From Octopus sinensis (taxonomy: Eukaryota), in assembly GCF_006345805.1 (NCBI RefSeq), contig NC_043008.1, positions 78,926,001 to 78,990,000 of the forward strand: a stretch of 64,000 nt of DNA, given 5' to 3'. Below the pieces are notes generated by a model. That model was not told the DNA's origin, did no database searches, and saw nothing but the letters and a program-made list of their open reading frames with translations. A program made the position numbers and the translations under genes. Numbering within the stretch: the first letter of the stretch is position 1; each line of letters begins with the position of its first letter. This document shows positions 22,862-36,509 of the stretch, piece after piece.

Positions 22862-25167
22862 TAGTATCCGTATCTTCGGGGAGGCTGATCTCCCTTTGCT
22901 GGCTGGCAAGGACACCGAGATGGTGTCAGCTCTTCTGGTGACGTCGATGTTCGCCTGGGGCTAAATGCATCAGTAACACCCCCACCACCCCGCCCTGACC
23001 CTAGCCACATTCAGATGGCTGATCCCTCTTATGTTATAAGAAATCTATTTAGTTAATAATAAAACCCACAACTAAAAGTTGGGCGGTTCTATCTCTGAAA
23101 AAGATATGGAGGAAGTGTATTTAGTTACAAAGTCATTTCCATAAAGTATTAGGAAAAGAGAAACATGTATGGAAATTGAAAGACCACAGTGTGAACTATG
23201 CAGTGTGAGGGAACTGTAATCTGAGGAACAAAATACAGTTCATCTGCCTCTTAGTGTAGCTGTCCAGCTGTGTTAAATCCAAGATGTGCCCTACCTGTCT
23301 CACCTATCACTAGTAGATACTGCTAAAGCCCTATCTTGCTCTCACATCGACATGCATCTATTAACCACAACTGCCTCCAAGTCAAAGAGGACCATGCTGG
23401 TCTTCACTTTGTCATTCCCTCTTCCTCTTCAACTGTTGACATCACAGCCCTTTCCTTCCAGTTCACCTCATCCCCACAAACTATTTCAAGAATAACTAGT
23501 CAATTGAACATTCCACATCCTTGATAGAACAAGACAACATTCCATATCCTTGATAGAACAAGACAACACTGCATGGTAGATAAAATATCACTACCAGTAA
23601 ATGAATGCTTACAAAATGCAAATAATATCAAAATGCTGTCGCAAAAACTTTATCAAACAAATTATATTGGTGAAATAAAAGCTGATTAATCTACCAGGAC
23701 TCCATCAATCTACTAAAAGTCTAGAATACATGCTTCCATTTGACAATGAATGCAAATAATAATTCTGTTACCAGTTTAAAAAAAGAAGTTGTCATCTAAA
23801 GACCCCAGAATCAGTCTGAAATTTTGATATGTTAGACCTTAAAGACAAGATAATAAGATGCAGAACATTTGCTATGCCACAGTTCCATTCAGTCCATGTC
23901 AGTAGAGAAAATGAGGTTAAAATAGTGACAATGATGAGGATGATTGTGTTTCTTTTTGTTGAAAAATAGGAATTTTTAAAATTTGATGTGAGTATAAACA
24001 TATGCTCACATAAATACAAACAGGATATATCCACATGCATTCACAAAAACAATAATAAATACATATAGACATACACAGAAAAAATCATATTTTTGTAGAC
24101 ACTTTTTTTTAAATGAAAAATATATTTTTTTAAATTAAATAGTTTGCTAACCTTTGGGGATTCACATTAATATCCATTATAAGTATGTGAATCAGTTGCA
24201 AAATGTTATTTCTTCTTCCAGTGACTTGTCAGTGTATAGAGGAAATGAAAAGTCTAATTAAGAAGATTATTGTGTCATATGGTGTGATGATCAAAGTAAT
24301 CTCATTCAATACATACAATGTATGATATAATGAGTAAAGAGTAATGGCATGTGGCCAAAAAGTAAAATGTTATGAGATTAACATATATTCTATGAAGTGT
24401 CTACAGAGCAACATTTCATAAGGATTTAATCCCTAACTATATAAGTCACAGTTTATTGATGTCTTAGTAAGATAACAGTAAATATGTCAATCTTTTAATC
24501 TTTTTGAGTAATCCTATCAACTGTTTTTTTTTTTTAAGCCAGTTGCAATACATTGAAAAACAAAAGTTGCTGTTTAGCCTTAGTTCAGCTTAATTAGATC
24601 TATGATCAACACTGTTCCAGTTGTGACTATCCATTTAATATTTTTAAACCTGTAGAGTATCCTAGGTTACATTAAGTACTGTGCCCTTCTTACTGTCAGG
24701 ATGGTAAGACATAATTTGAAAGAGATTTGGTTGACATTTATAAAAGAGTGAACAACTATATAGGTTTCTTGGCTGACTTGTGCAAACAGAAATCCTTACT
24801 CTCAGTATGAATTTGAAGTTTTGAAACTGAAGAAATTGTCTAATGAGTTTTCAACTTTCAACTAAATAAAGACTTATGAAGACATATATTTTAAAAATAT
24901 ATCATTTAAATATATCTATGTAGAATGAATCAATAAAATATCATTGGTTAATAAATTACTACAGACTTTATATGTGTACTTTTGGTGGAACTATGTCTAT
25001 TAGCTGTTCTCTTGTTAATAATGACAGAAAATGCTATTTAATTCCATAAAAATATGGTGTAAATGGTGATTTATTCACAAACAACTTTGTTCATTCATTT
25101 CCCATCTATTTTCGAGATTAGATTGGGTTGGCTAGATATATATTGAGGTATTGTTTTCCTTACATTG

Positions 25168-25198
<31 letters not shown>

Positions 25199-27733
25199 GG
25201 GGGGGCAAAGGAAAGTGATTGCGTCACTCATAGCCTCTCCTCTCCAGGTGTAATGATCGCTGCAGAACTTCTACTTGGCTGCGCCTTGCGGAAAGTTCTT
25301 GCTAATGGCCTCTCCTGCACTACTGTGTCCACAGCAGCACCTTCACGCGGTACCCCCTGTTCTCACTGAGCCTGCTGTGTGGCGCGACCGGGTGCTTGGC
25401 GGTATAACCAGGTGGGCAGACTGGGCTCGTTAGCCTTGGTTGGCAGCCAGTCTAGGAGAAGGAAAACTCTGACTCCAAACCCTCGCTCCGCTGCCTTGCG
25501 GATGCTCTTGGGAGAGGGAAAGGCTATGGGAGTAAACCCAGACAGAAAATCCGGAGCAGAGCCCCGAAGGCGGTAGGGTGTCGAATCTCGACCCCTTTCC
25601 GGCAACTCCTGCAGCCAACCAGACTCCAAACGTACTGCACTGCATTCCTTTGGATTATGTCTGGGGGGCCGAGAGGGAGATTCTGGTGTCTGGGCAGCCC
25701 AGTGTCTTCGTTTCTACCGCCCAGGCTTGCGCCATGGAGAAACTACTCCATCGATGGAACAAGCTGAGATGGCAGTTACGAGTTATAAGCCAGGGTGAAT
25801 TGGCGTAATCCCGGGCGCTACGGGCTGTCTCTAACGGTGGGAGGGATCATTGAAGTCCCACTGGTCAGCTACCGCCCGCCTTAAGCTGGGCAGCCCCCGG
25901 CCAATAATGGTGCTGACCTGCCACAGACTGCCCGCTTCAATGGGTGCTTGGAGCTAGGACAAAATCTGAAAAGCAGACTGAAAACCCTGCACCAGCAAAC
26001 AAAGGAAAAACAAAGTCATCCAGTGCGGGAAGCCAGCCCTTCTGGGCCATCTCCACGAGCTGCTCTGTCAGTGCTGGGAGGAGGGCTCTGTCCCTAAGGA
26101 TATGCGTGACGCGAACATCATCACACTGTATAAAAACAAAGGGGACAGAAGCGACTGCAATAATTACAGGGGCATATCACTGCTCAGCACGGTCGGCAAG
26201 GCATTTGCCAGGGTGGTCCTGAAGAGGTTGCAAATACTTGCAGAGCGTGTGTACCCCGAGTCTCAGTCTGGCTTTAGGGCAGAGAGGTCTACAATTGACA
26301 TGATCTTCTCAGGCAGCTTCAAGAAAAGAATCGAGAACAGAGACAGCCCCTATACGTGGCCTTCATCAACCTGGCTAAGGCGTTCGACTCAGTCAGCAGG
26401 GAGGGGCTGTTTGCACTCCTGGGTAGGATAGGTTGCCCTCCCAGACTGCTGAAACTCATCACCTCCTTTCACGACGGTATGCAGGGAACAGTGCAGTTTG
26501 ACGGATCGCCCTCGGAGTCATTCCCCATCCAGAGTGGAGTGAAACAGGGTTGCGTTCTGGCGCCGACGCTCTTCGGAATTTTCTTCTCCCTTGTCCTGTC
26601 CTATGCCTTCAGAACGTCCGACGACGGAGTGTTCCTCCACACCAGGGCTGATGGTGGATTGTTCAATCTTGCGCGCCTCAGAGCTAAGACCAAAGTCCGT
26701 CAGGTGCTGATCAAGAGATCCTCTTTGCTGACGATGCCGCCCTAACATCACACAACCAACCGGGTCTCCAGAGGCTGGTCAGCTCCCTGGCGGATGCCTG
26801 CCAAGAGTTCGGCCTTACCATCAGCCTGAAAAAGACAGAGATCATGGGCCAGGACGTCGGAGGGGTCCCCAGCATCAGTGTCGGCGACCACAGCTTGCAG
26901 GTGGTGAACGAGTTCACTTACCTGGGATCGACGGTCTCCAGCAGCCTGTCCCTCGAGCCGGAGCTGAACAGACGGATTGGGAAGGCTGCTGCTGCCATGG
27001 CTAAGCTCTCCAGAAGAGTGTGGGAAAACAACATGCTCACAATAACCACCAAGATCGCAGTGTACCGAGCCTGCGTGCTGAGCACCCTACTCTACGGTAA
27101 GCGAGAGCTGGACAACATACACACCCCGCAGGAATGCCGCCTCAGCGGCTTCCACATGCGGTGTCTTCGACGGATCCTTGGCATCTCCTGGAAGGACCGA
27201 GTACCAAACGGAGTCATCCTGGAACAGACTAATATGCCAAGCATGTATGCCCTCCTCGTGCGGAGACGACTGCGCTGGCTCGGACACGTCTGCCGCATGC
27301 AGGACGGTCGCATGCCTAAAGACATCCTGTACAGCGAACTCACCACGGGATCCCGACCCAAGGGACGTCCACAGCTACGATACAGGGACGTGTGCAAGCG
27401 CGACCTGAGGACTGCCAACATCTGTGTGGACCGTGGGAGGAAACAGCTGCTGACCGCTCTGCCTGGCGTCGGACAGTGAGGAAAGCGTTTCCATGGCTGA
27501 GGAGAGGAGAGCACAGCTGTGGTTGGACAGGCAGGACAGGAGGAGGACAACTGCGCAGCAACACCCCACACGTACCCATCGATGTTCGTGTGCAGCAACT
27601 GTACCAAGGACTGCCACTCTAGAATTGGACTGTTCAGTCACAGCAGACGCTGCAACATCATCAAAGTAGGCCCCACCCTTGGCGCAACCCATTGTCTATC
27701 AAGACAGACGGGGGTATAAAGAAGATAAAGAAG
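25199..27733 (+). mobile_element. RTE/BovB-type LINE with 5' UTR, APE domain deleted, frameshifted RT and intact 3' end
   Basis: 5' UTR motif ggcagccagtctaggagaaggaaaactctg; junction near 26030 jumps to the RT region; RT motifs YKNKGDRSDCNNYRGISLL, GVKQGCVLAPTLF, (F)ADD; C-terminal CSNC...HSRIGLFSH; (taaagaaga)2 tail; (TA)n on both sides. Confidence 0.9.
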
Positions 27734-27801
27734 ATATATATAAATATATAATAATATATATATATATTATATATATATTATTATATTATATATATATAAT
27801 A

Positions 27802-27858
<57 letters not shown>

Positions 27859-27877
27859 AATATATATATATATATAC

Positions 27878-27935
<58 letters not shown>

Positions 27936-27938
27936 CAT

Positions 27939-27969
<31 letters not shown>

Positions 27970-28086
27970 TATATATATACATATATATATATATTATATA
28001 TATATATATATATATAAAATAAATATATATATATATATATATAATATATATAAATATATATATATATATATATGTATTATAATATA

Positions 28087-28143
<57 letters not shown>

Positions 28144-28162
28144 ATATATATAAATATATATA

Positions 28163-28217
<55 letters not shown>

Positions 28218-28244
28218 TATATATAATATATATAAATATATATA

Positions 28245-28329
<85 letters not shown>

Positions 28330-28333
28330 AAAT

Positions 28334-28365
<32 letters not shown>

Positions 28366-28393
28366 AATATATATATAATATATATATACTATA

Positions 28394-28437
<44 letters not shown>

Positions 28438-28445
28438 ATATATAC

Positions 28446-28479
<34 letters not shown>

Positions 28480-28554
28480 ATACTATATATAAATATATAT
28501 ATAATATTATATATATATATATATAATATACTCATAAATATATATATATATATA
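27734..28554. repeat. (TA)n microsatellite array
   Basis: ~820 bp of almost pure A/T dinucleotide repeat. Confidence 0.97.
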
Positions 28555-28870
28555 ACGGGAGCTTTATGAAAATAGACAAAAGACGAAGGCAGGTGGGAAA
28601 CAAACAAACAATTGTATTAGTATGGTGCTCAGGAAATATAAATAAAACAAGTCTTTAACGTTTCGAGCCTACGCTCTTCAACAGAAAGATACACAGAGGG
28701 AAAAAAAACACAGAAAGAAGGAGAGAAAAAAAATGCGTGCAGTAACTAACGAATCAACATGGCGATCTGATTTCGGCCAGAGGTCAAAGATCAAACATGA
28801 GACACGAGAGCGAAATAAGGGGAGATAATAGGGTTGATAATAGGGTTGAATGACCAGCTCCAACATGAGG
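28555..28870 (-). mobile_element. PLE pLTR-like repeat, copy 1 (copy 2 at 44068..44545)
   Basis: Near-identical ~290 bp in both copies, both abutting (TA)n at the same end; contains a minimal hammerhead-like motif. Confidence 0.6.
28652..28689 (-). ncRNA. Minimal hammerhead-like motif with A6U core change
   Basis: tcttt CUGUUGA-A GAGC-gtag-GCUC GAA ACGU U aaaga; identical at 44166..44203. Confidence 0.5.
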
Positions 28871-28930
28871 GTGTGTGTGTGTGTGTATGAGAGAGTATTA
28901 GTGCGTATGAGAGGTCTGGACGTGTGTATG

Positions 28931-28967
<37 letters not shown>

Positions 28968-28974
28968 TATATTT

Positions 28975-29220
28975 ATTTTATAGAAGGAGCTTCTACAGGA
29001 CTAGAACTATTTCATTCAAAAGAAATCATCAGGAAGCTAGTGACAAGAATAGTTTTGGCATTTATACACTTAGGCAGGTTTAAATGGGTGGGGTGGGGTA
29101 CTTTTGGGTTTGTAGGCATGGCGCAATCTATCATTCTTAGGGGAGTGGTCAAAGGAATCAGTGATAAAGTAGATAAAAGAATAAAGTTTAGGTAAATAAG
29201 GAGACGCTCACTTATACATA

Positions 29221-29271
<51 letters not shown>

Positions 29272-29512
29272 TATATATATACACATAACATATATATATA
29301 TATACATACATATATATATATATACATACATACATACACATACACACATACATCCATATACACATGTACATATGCACCCATTTACATACATCTACGTACA
29401 CACCCATACCCATACTCATACATACACACAAATATCTACACACATATATATATATAAAAAAATAAATAAATATAAAAGAGGATATACACCCCCATACACA
29501 CACGCTCACATA

Positions 29513-29548
<36 letters not shown>

Positions 29549-29570
29549 GGTCCCGGGTTGATTCGGGGTT
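28975..29570 (-). mobile_element. PLE 3' region: TG-rich tract, conserved block, hammerhead
   Basis: Homologous to 31140..31525 (+); both run taagtgag..ctccttatttacc...hammerhead...ccttctata into (TA)n. Confidence 0.6.
28988..29038 (-). ncRNA. Type I hammerhead ribozyme candidate
   Basis: agcttc CUGAUGA uuuc-uuuu-gaau GAA auag-uucuaguc-cugu A gaagcu; GUA triplet. Confidence 0.7.
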
Positions 29571-29747
29571 AACCACATATATATGTATATATATGCGTGT
29601 GCATGGGTATATGTATATGTACATATGCGCGTACGCTCGTGTGTTTATGTATGTGTAGGTACGTAGAGTTATCTATGTGTGTATTTATATGTACATGTGT
29701 AAGTATGTATATATATATGTATGTATGTGTATGTATATGTATGTGTA

Positions 29748-29802
<55 letters not shown>

Positions 29803-29891
29803 GTGTATGTGTATATGTAGGTGTATGTGTGTATGTATATGTTTATTTATATATATATATATGTGTGTATATGTGTATGTGTATATATATG

Positions 29892-29933
<42 letters not shown>

Positions 29934-30285
29934 TATATCTATGTGTGTAAGTTTATTATATGTATGTATCCGTCTATATAATAGGTATCTGCACGTACAT
30001 ATACTTAATATTTATTTTTTGAGTATGCATGTATGAATAACTGCGCGTATATATATTTACTATTTACTTATTTTTTGAGTATGCATGTTAGTATGAATAT
30101 ATATATATGTATGTGTATGTATATATATATATATATATATATAATATATGTATGTATATGTATATATATATGTACATGTATGTATTTGTATGTAGGTGTA
30201 CATGTATGTGTGTGCATTTATATTTATGGGTTGTATATGTATAGACTAGCCTTCTAAGAGCGTAGACATGAATCTGTAGGTACGC

Positions 30286-30332
<47 letters not shown>

Positions 30333-31466
30333 ATATGTACATGTATGTATTTGTATGTAGGTGTACATGTATGTGTGTGTATTTATATTTATTGGTGTAT
30401 ATGTATAGACTAGCCTTCTAAGAGTGTAGACATGAATCTGTAGGTACGCGTACGTATGTGTATATACGTGAATGTATTAGATGTATGTATGTATGAATAT
30501 AACGCGTGCGTGCGTGTATGCGTATGAGTGTACGAATGAGTGAGTGTACGTGCTAAAGAGTGTGCGTGAGTGAATGAGTAATGTTTTTCCAGTAGACGGA
30601 TAAATGGTCTGGCTGTCATAGCCAAGATGTTTGTGACCAAGCGGCCAAAGATAACAAAAGTAATAAACGAAGATAATAAAATTAAAATTAGGGAATGGGT
30701 CTGTATTTGTATATGTATATATATATGGTGTATGTGTAGGTATGCATGGTACACATATGTATATATATGTGTATATATATATATATGTGTATGTATATAT
30801 ATGTGTATATGTATGTGTATGTATGTATATATATGTTATGTATGTGTATGTGTGGGTGTATATATATGTGTGTAATGTGTATATATGTGTATATAGGGAC
30901 TAGTGTGCTGTGTGTGCATGTGTGTGTATGGATTTGTGTGTATATGCGTGTATGTGAGTATGTGTGTGTATGTGTATATATATATTTTTCTGTGTGTATA
31001 TGTATGTGTGGTCGTGTGTGTATATATACATGTGTGTATACGTGTATGCAAGTGAGTGGTGTATGTATACATATATATGTGTATGTGTAGATATGTATAT
31101 GTATGTGTGAGTGTATATATGTGTGTATGTGTAGAGGTATAAGTGAGAATCTCCTTATTTACCTAAAACTCTATTCCCCCCTTTATATATATATAATATA
31201 TATATTTTTATTTTTTATTTTTTTTTTATATTTGTATATTTTTTATATTTTTTTATTTTTATTTTTATTTTTTATTTTTTATTTTTTTTTTTATTTTTAT
31301 TTTTTATTTTTTATTTTTTATTTATTCTCCTATCTAATTTAACACTGACTCCTTGACCACTCCCCCAAGTATGATTTTTTGCGCTATGTCTACCCCCAAA
31401 AAGTCCCCCCCCAACACCCCTTTAAACCTGCCTAAATGTATAATGCCAATACAATTCTTGTTAACT

Positions 31467-31517
31467 AGCTTCCTGAAGATTTCTCTTGAATGAAACAGTT
31501 CTAGTCCTGTAGAAGCT
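31467..31517 (+). ncRNA. Type I hammerhead ribozyme candidate
   Basis: Stem I agcttc/gaagct; CUGAAGA (31473-31479); stem II uuuc-ucuu-gaau (U.U at base); GAA; stem III acag/ctgt; GUA with A17 at 31511. Confidence 0.72.
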
Positions 31518-31528
31518 CCTTCTATATA

Positions 31529-31564
<36 letters not shown>

Positions 31565-32385
31565 CTTCATACACACACTTATATATATATATATATATAT
31601 ATACATACATACACACACACACATATATATATATACACACACACACACACATATATACATATACACACACATATACATACACAAACATTTGCATATACAT
31701 GCACACACATACACACACATTTCTTCCCTTATTTTTATTTTTATTTTTATATATTCATTTTTATTTTTATTGTTATTGTTTGTATTTGACCTCGACCATC
31801 CAAGCCACAGAAGTAGGGTTCTCCCAAGGGAGCTTGCCTGGCTGGCTTAAAAACCATTTATTGCCCCTTTCCCTTCCTTTCTATCTTTCCTCCCACTGAT
31901 AGGAACACAAACACTCACACGCACACTCATACATATACACAGACGCACGTGTTATATTCATACATACATAAGTGTACCGACTTTCACATAAACGTACACA
32001 TAACTATGTACACGCAAAACCACATATATATAAATAACATATATATAAATGTACTTCGGTACACATAAACACACAAGAACATCTGCCCACATATATAGAC
32101 GCATATGCCTATATACAGACATTTGTGCATATAACAACATACGCATATATACACTCCATACGTTACGCCTTAAGTACATATTAGCACACATGCATGCATA
32201 CACGTGTACATAAAAGCATACCTACATATATCTACCTACACTCATACTATACAATACATGCACATATATACGCATACGTACACGTACCTACAAATTCATA
32301 TCTACACGCATCTGCACACACACAGAAGACTAGTCCATATATATACACAAATATATATATATATATATATACACATACACATACA

Positions 32386-32748
32386 TATCCTCGACTTAAA
32401 AGCAATTGCAACTGCCCTGATAAAACCACTTGCCCCCTCAACAACAACTGCCTACAGAAGGACCTCGTCTACACATGCGAGGTACAATCAGGCCCCGATG
32501 ATAAAAGAAAATCGTACATCGGAATGACGTCAAACAGCTTTAAGACTCGTTGGTACACCCACACACACTCGTTCAGGCGACCTGACAAATCTAACCAAAC
32601 CACTCTCACCGCCCACATCTGGTACCTCAAAAGGAACTCCATCCCCTTCAAGATCAAGTGGAGACTACTACAGAGGCGCGTTCGTACACAGGAGGCCATA
32701 CCTGCTGTGACCTTTGCATCTCTGAGAGCCTGGAGACTATTCATATTG
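32386..32748 (+). pseudogene. Penelope-like element GIY-YIG endonuclease fragment
   Basis: CNC...CPLNNNC...LVY...YIGMT..FKTR...H..SF...TLTAHIWYLK...IKW, then after a frameshift SY....CCDLC..E; PLE-type GIY-YIG pattern. Confidence 0.85.
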
Positions 32749-32891
32749 TATGTGTACACAGGCATATATGTATAGATATGTATGGGTGTAGGTATGAATA
32801 TACGTATGTGTGTATATGTGTGTGCGTGTATTTACATATGTGTATATATATGTGTATGTATGTGTGGGTATGTGTGTATATATGTGTATGT

Positions 32892-32929
<38 letters not shown>

Positions 32930-33218
32930 GCTTGTGTGTTTATGTATATGTAGGTATGTAGATTTATGTGTATGTGTATGTATGTAGGTACATATGTGTA
33001 AATAGGTATACATGTGTATGTTAATATGTATGTATCCGTCTGTATGATGGGTAATTGCACGTATATATATTTATTATTTATTATTTGAGTATGCATGTAT
33101 GTATATATGTATATGTTTGTATGCATGTATGTATTTATGTATATATAGATGCGCGTGTGTGTATGCGTATGTGTATTGGTGTATATATGTGTATATATAT
33201 GTGTATTTGTGTGCGTTC

Positions 33219-33263
<45 letters not shown>

Positions 33264-33370
33264 CATGTGTGTATATATATGTGTGTGTGTGTATATGTGT
33301 ATATATGTATATGTATGGGTATATATTTGTGTGCGTTCGTGTGTGTTATATATATATATATATATGTATA

Positions 33371-33401
<31 letters not shown>

Positions 33402-33513
33402 GTGTGTATATGCCTGTATACCTCGTGTGGATGTATGTATGTATATGGGTGTGCATACGGATGTATATGTATGTGTATGTAGATGTGTGTGTATGTATAT
33501 GTATGTGTATATA

Positions 33514-33560
<47 letters not shown>

Positions 33561-34050
33561 CATGTGTGTATATATGTGTGTGTGTATATATGTGTATATG
33601 TATGTACGTGTATGAGTGTATAAGTATGGATTTGTTGGGTTTCTTTTTTTATATATGTAGATAGATGTGAGTGCGTGTATGTGCGTAGATATGCGTATGT
33701 GTATTAGTATGTGCATGTGTATATATATGTGTATGTAGATGTATAGATATATGGATGTATGTGTATGTAGGTGTGTATACTACTGGTGTAGGTATATATG
33801 TGTATGTATATGTAGGTATGTACGTGCGTGTATGTGTATATATATATATATATGTATATATATATGTATATGTATGTGTATGTGTGTATATATATATATA
33901 TTGTGTATATATATGGACTAGTCTTCTGGTGTGTGCCGAGTGCGTGTAGATATGAATTTGTAGGTACGTGTACGTATGAGTATATATGTGCATGTATGTA
34001 TATGTATGAGTGTAGGTAGATATATGTAGGTATGCTTTTATGTAAACGTG

Positions 34051-34094
<44 letters not shown>

Positions 34095-34148
34095 TATATT
34101 ATATATAAATATTATATATATATATATATATTTTATATAATTTATATA

Positions 34149-34195
<47 letters not shown>

Positions 34196-34237
34196 TTATA
34201 TATATATATTATAGATATATATATATATCTATATATA

Positions 34238-34353
<116 letters not shown>

Positions 34354-34389
34354 ATTATATATTATATATATAATATATATAAATATATA

Positions 34390-35306
34390 TACTAAGCATA
34401 AAGGGTTAGCAGCACGAATTGCCTTACCACATACCGAATTTAGAAATAGCATCAAAGAGTTATAGCTATTTCTTCTACTAAAAAGGGAGATCTCAGTAAA
34501 AACAGCAATTGGAAGGCAGACACAAACAGGTAAGAGAGGATGAATTGACGGCAATCTATCATACATTTTTAAGTTATCTACGGACGTACGTTTTGAAATC
34601 AAGTTTTTAGGAAAGCATAAGAATTAAATATTAAATATTAAATAATTCTATCTTACCGAAACTTCTTTTCTCTTCAGCGTAGAATACTATAATCATAAAT
34701 GATTATATATTGAATTTTGAGATACTAGAAGGCACCAACTCAACTCAAAATGATTATATATTGAATTTTGAGATACTAGAAGGCACCAACTCAACTCAGT
34801 ATCAGAGCGAGCTAGAATCCGCAACTAGTATCACCGAATTCAATTGTGAATGAACGATTGTGTCACCAGCCCCTTCCCACCCGCGTGTAGCCAAAACAAG
34901 GATGCTGGTCATCTATGAGATAAAATATGGTTATCCGTAATAATGAAGGGTGAAATTAATTAATTTGGAATAATTATCAATTACACAAGTAGTCTTCGGC
35001 ATGTAAAAAGCTCATTGAGGAACATTTAAGTAATACTAAGCAATAAAGGGTTAGCAACGAATTGCCTTACCACATACCGAATTTAGAAATAGCAGTCAAG
35101 AGTTATAGCTATTTCTTCTACTAAAAAGGAGATCTCAGTAAAAACAGCAATTGGAAGGCAAACACAACACAGGTAAGAGAGGATGAATTGACGGCAATCT
35201 ATCATACTTTTTTAAGTTATCTACGGACGTACGTTTCGAAATCAAGTTTTTAGGAAAGCATAAGAATTAATATTAAATATTAAATAATTCTATCTTACCG
35301 AAACTT
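34390..35306. repeat. Unclassified repeat: ~270-bp direct repeats around a ~370-bp unique part; inverted partial copy at 36190..36362
   Basis: actaagc..taaagggttagc...ttaccgaaactt at 34390..34662 and 35035..35306; all free ends abut (TA)n. Confidence 0.75.
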
Positions 35307-35310
35307 ATAA

Positions 35311-35366
<56 letters not shown>

Positions 35367-35564
35367 TATATTATATATATATTATATAATATAGATAATA
35401 AATAAATATATATATATATTATAGATTGATAAATATATATATATAATATATTATAATATATATATATATATATAAATATATAAATATATATATATATATC
35501 TATATATATTATATAATATAATATATATATAGATATAAAATATATATATAAATATATATAAATA

Positions 35565-35595
<31 letters not shown>

Positions 35596-35630
35596 GATAT
35601 ATATAGATATAAAATATATATAAATATTAT

Positions 35631-35674
<44 letters not shown>

Positions 35675-35779
35675 TATATTATTATATGTTATTATATATA
35701 ATATATATTATATATGTATAATATATATAAATATTATATATATATATATATATATGTATAATATATATAAATTATATAT

Positions 35780-35834
<55 letters not shown>

Positions 35835-35883
35835 ATATATATAAATATATATATATATATATAATATACATAAATATATATAA

Positions 35884-35929
<46 letters not shown>

Positions 35930-35963
35930 AATTTATATATATATATATATATATATATGTATA

Positions 35964-36020
<57 letters not shown>

Positions 36021-36475
36021 TATATATATTTATATATATATATTATATATATATATATATATATATCTATATATATATTATATATATAATATATATTATA
36101 TTATCTATATATATATATTATTATATATATATATATATATATAATATATTATTATATATATAACATATATATATATATATATTTTATTGTTGATAGATTG
36201 CCGTCAATTCATTCTCTCTTACCTGTTTGTGTCTGCCTTCCAATTGCGTTTTTACTGAGATCTCCCTTTTTAGTAGAAGAAATAGCTATAACTCTTTGAC
36301 GGCTGTTCTAAATTCGGTATGTGGTAAGGCAATTCGTTGCTTAAACCCTTTATTGCTTAGTATATATATTTATATATTATATATATATATATTATATATA
36401 TCTGTATATATATATATTTATATATAATATTATATATATATATATATAGATATATTATATATATATATATATAGT

Positions 36476-36509
<34 letters not shown>

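Larger units (their letters stand above)
22360..23038. mobile_element. Non-coding hammerhead-bearing element (retrozyme-like or PLE pLTR) with inverted partial copy
   Basis: A(22360-22447) B(22448-22630) A'(22633-22720) C(22721-22809) B'(22810-22992) partial A'(22993-23038); 22402..22630 is the exact reverse complement of 22810..23038. Confidence 0.75.

Noticed and set aside
25199-25262. Second HDV-like candidate at the very 5' end of the RTE (G7 / ctctcct, gtgattg / tgatcgc)
   Set aside because: P3 does not pair and the catalytic C position is absent.
34640-34690. Minus-strand CUGAAGA + 4-bp hairpin flanked by attcta/tagaat
   Set aside because: The GAAA half of the hammerhead core is missing (GGUAAG instead).
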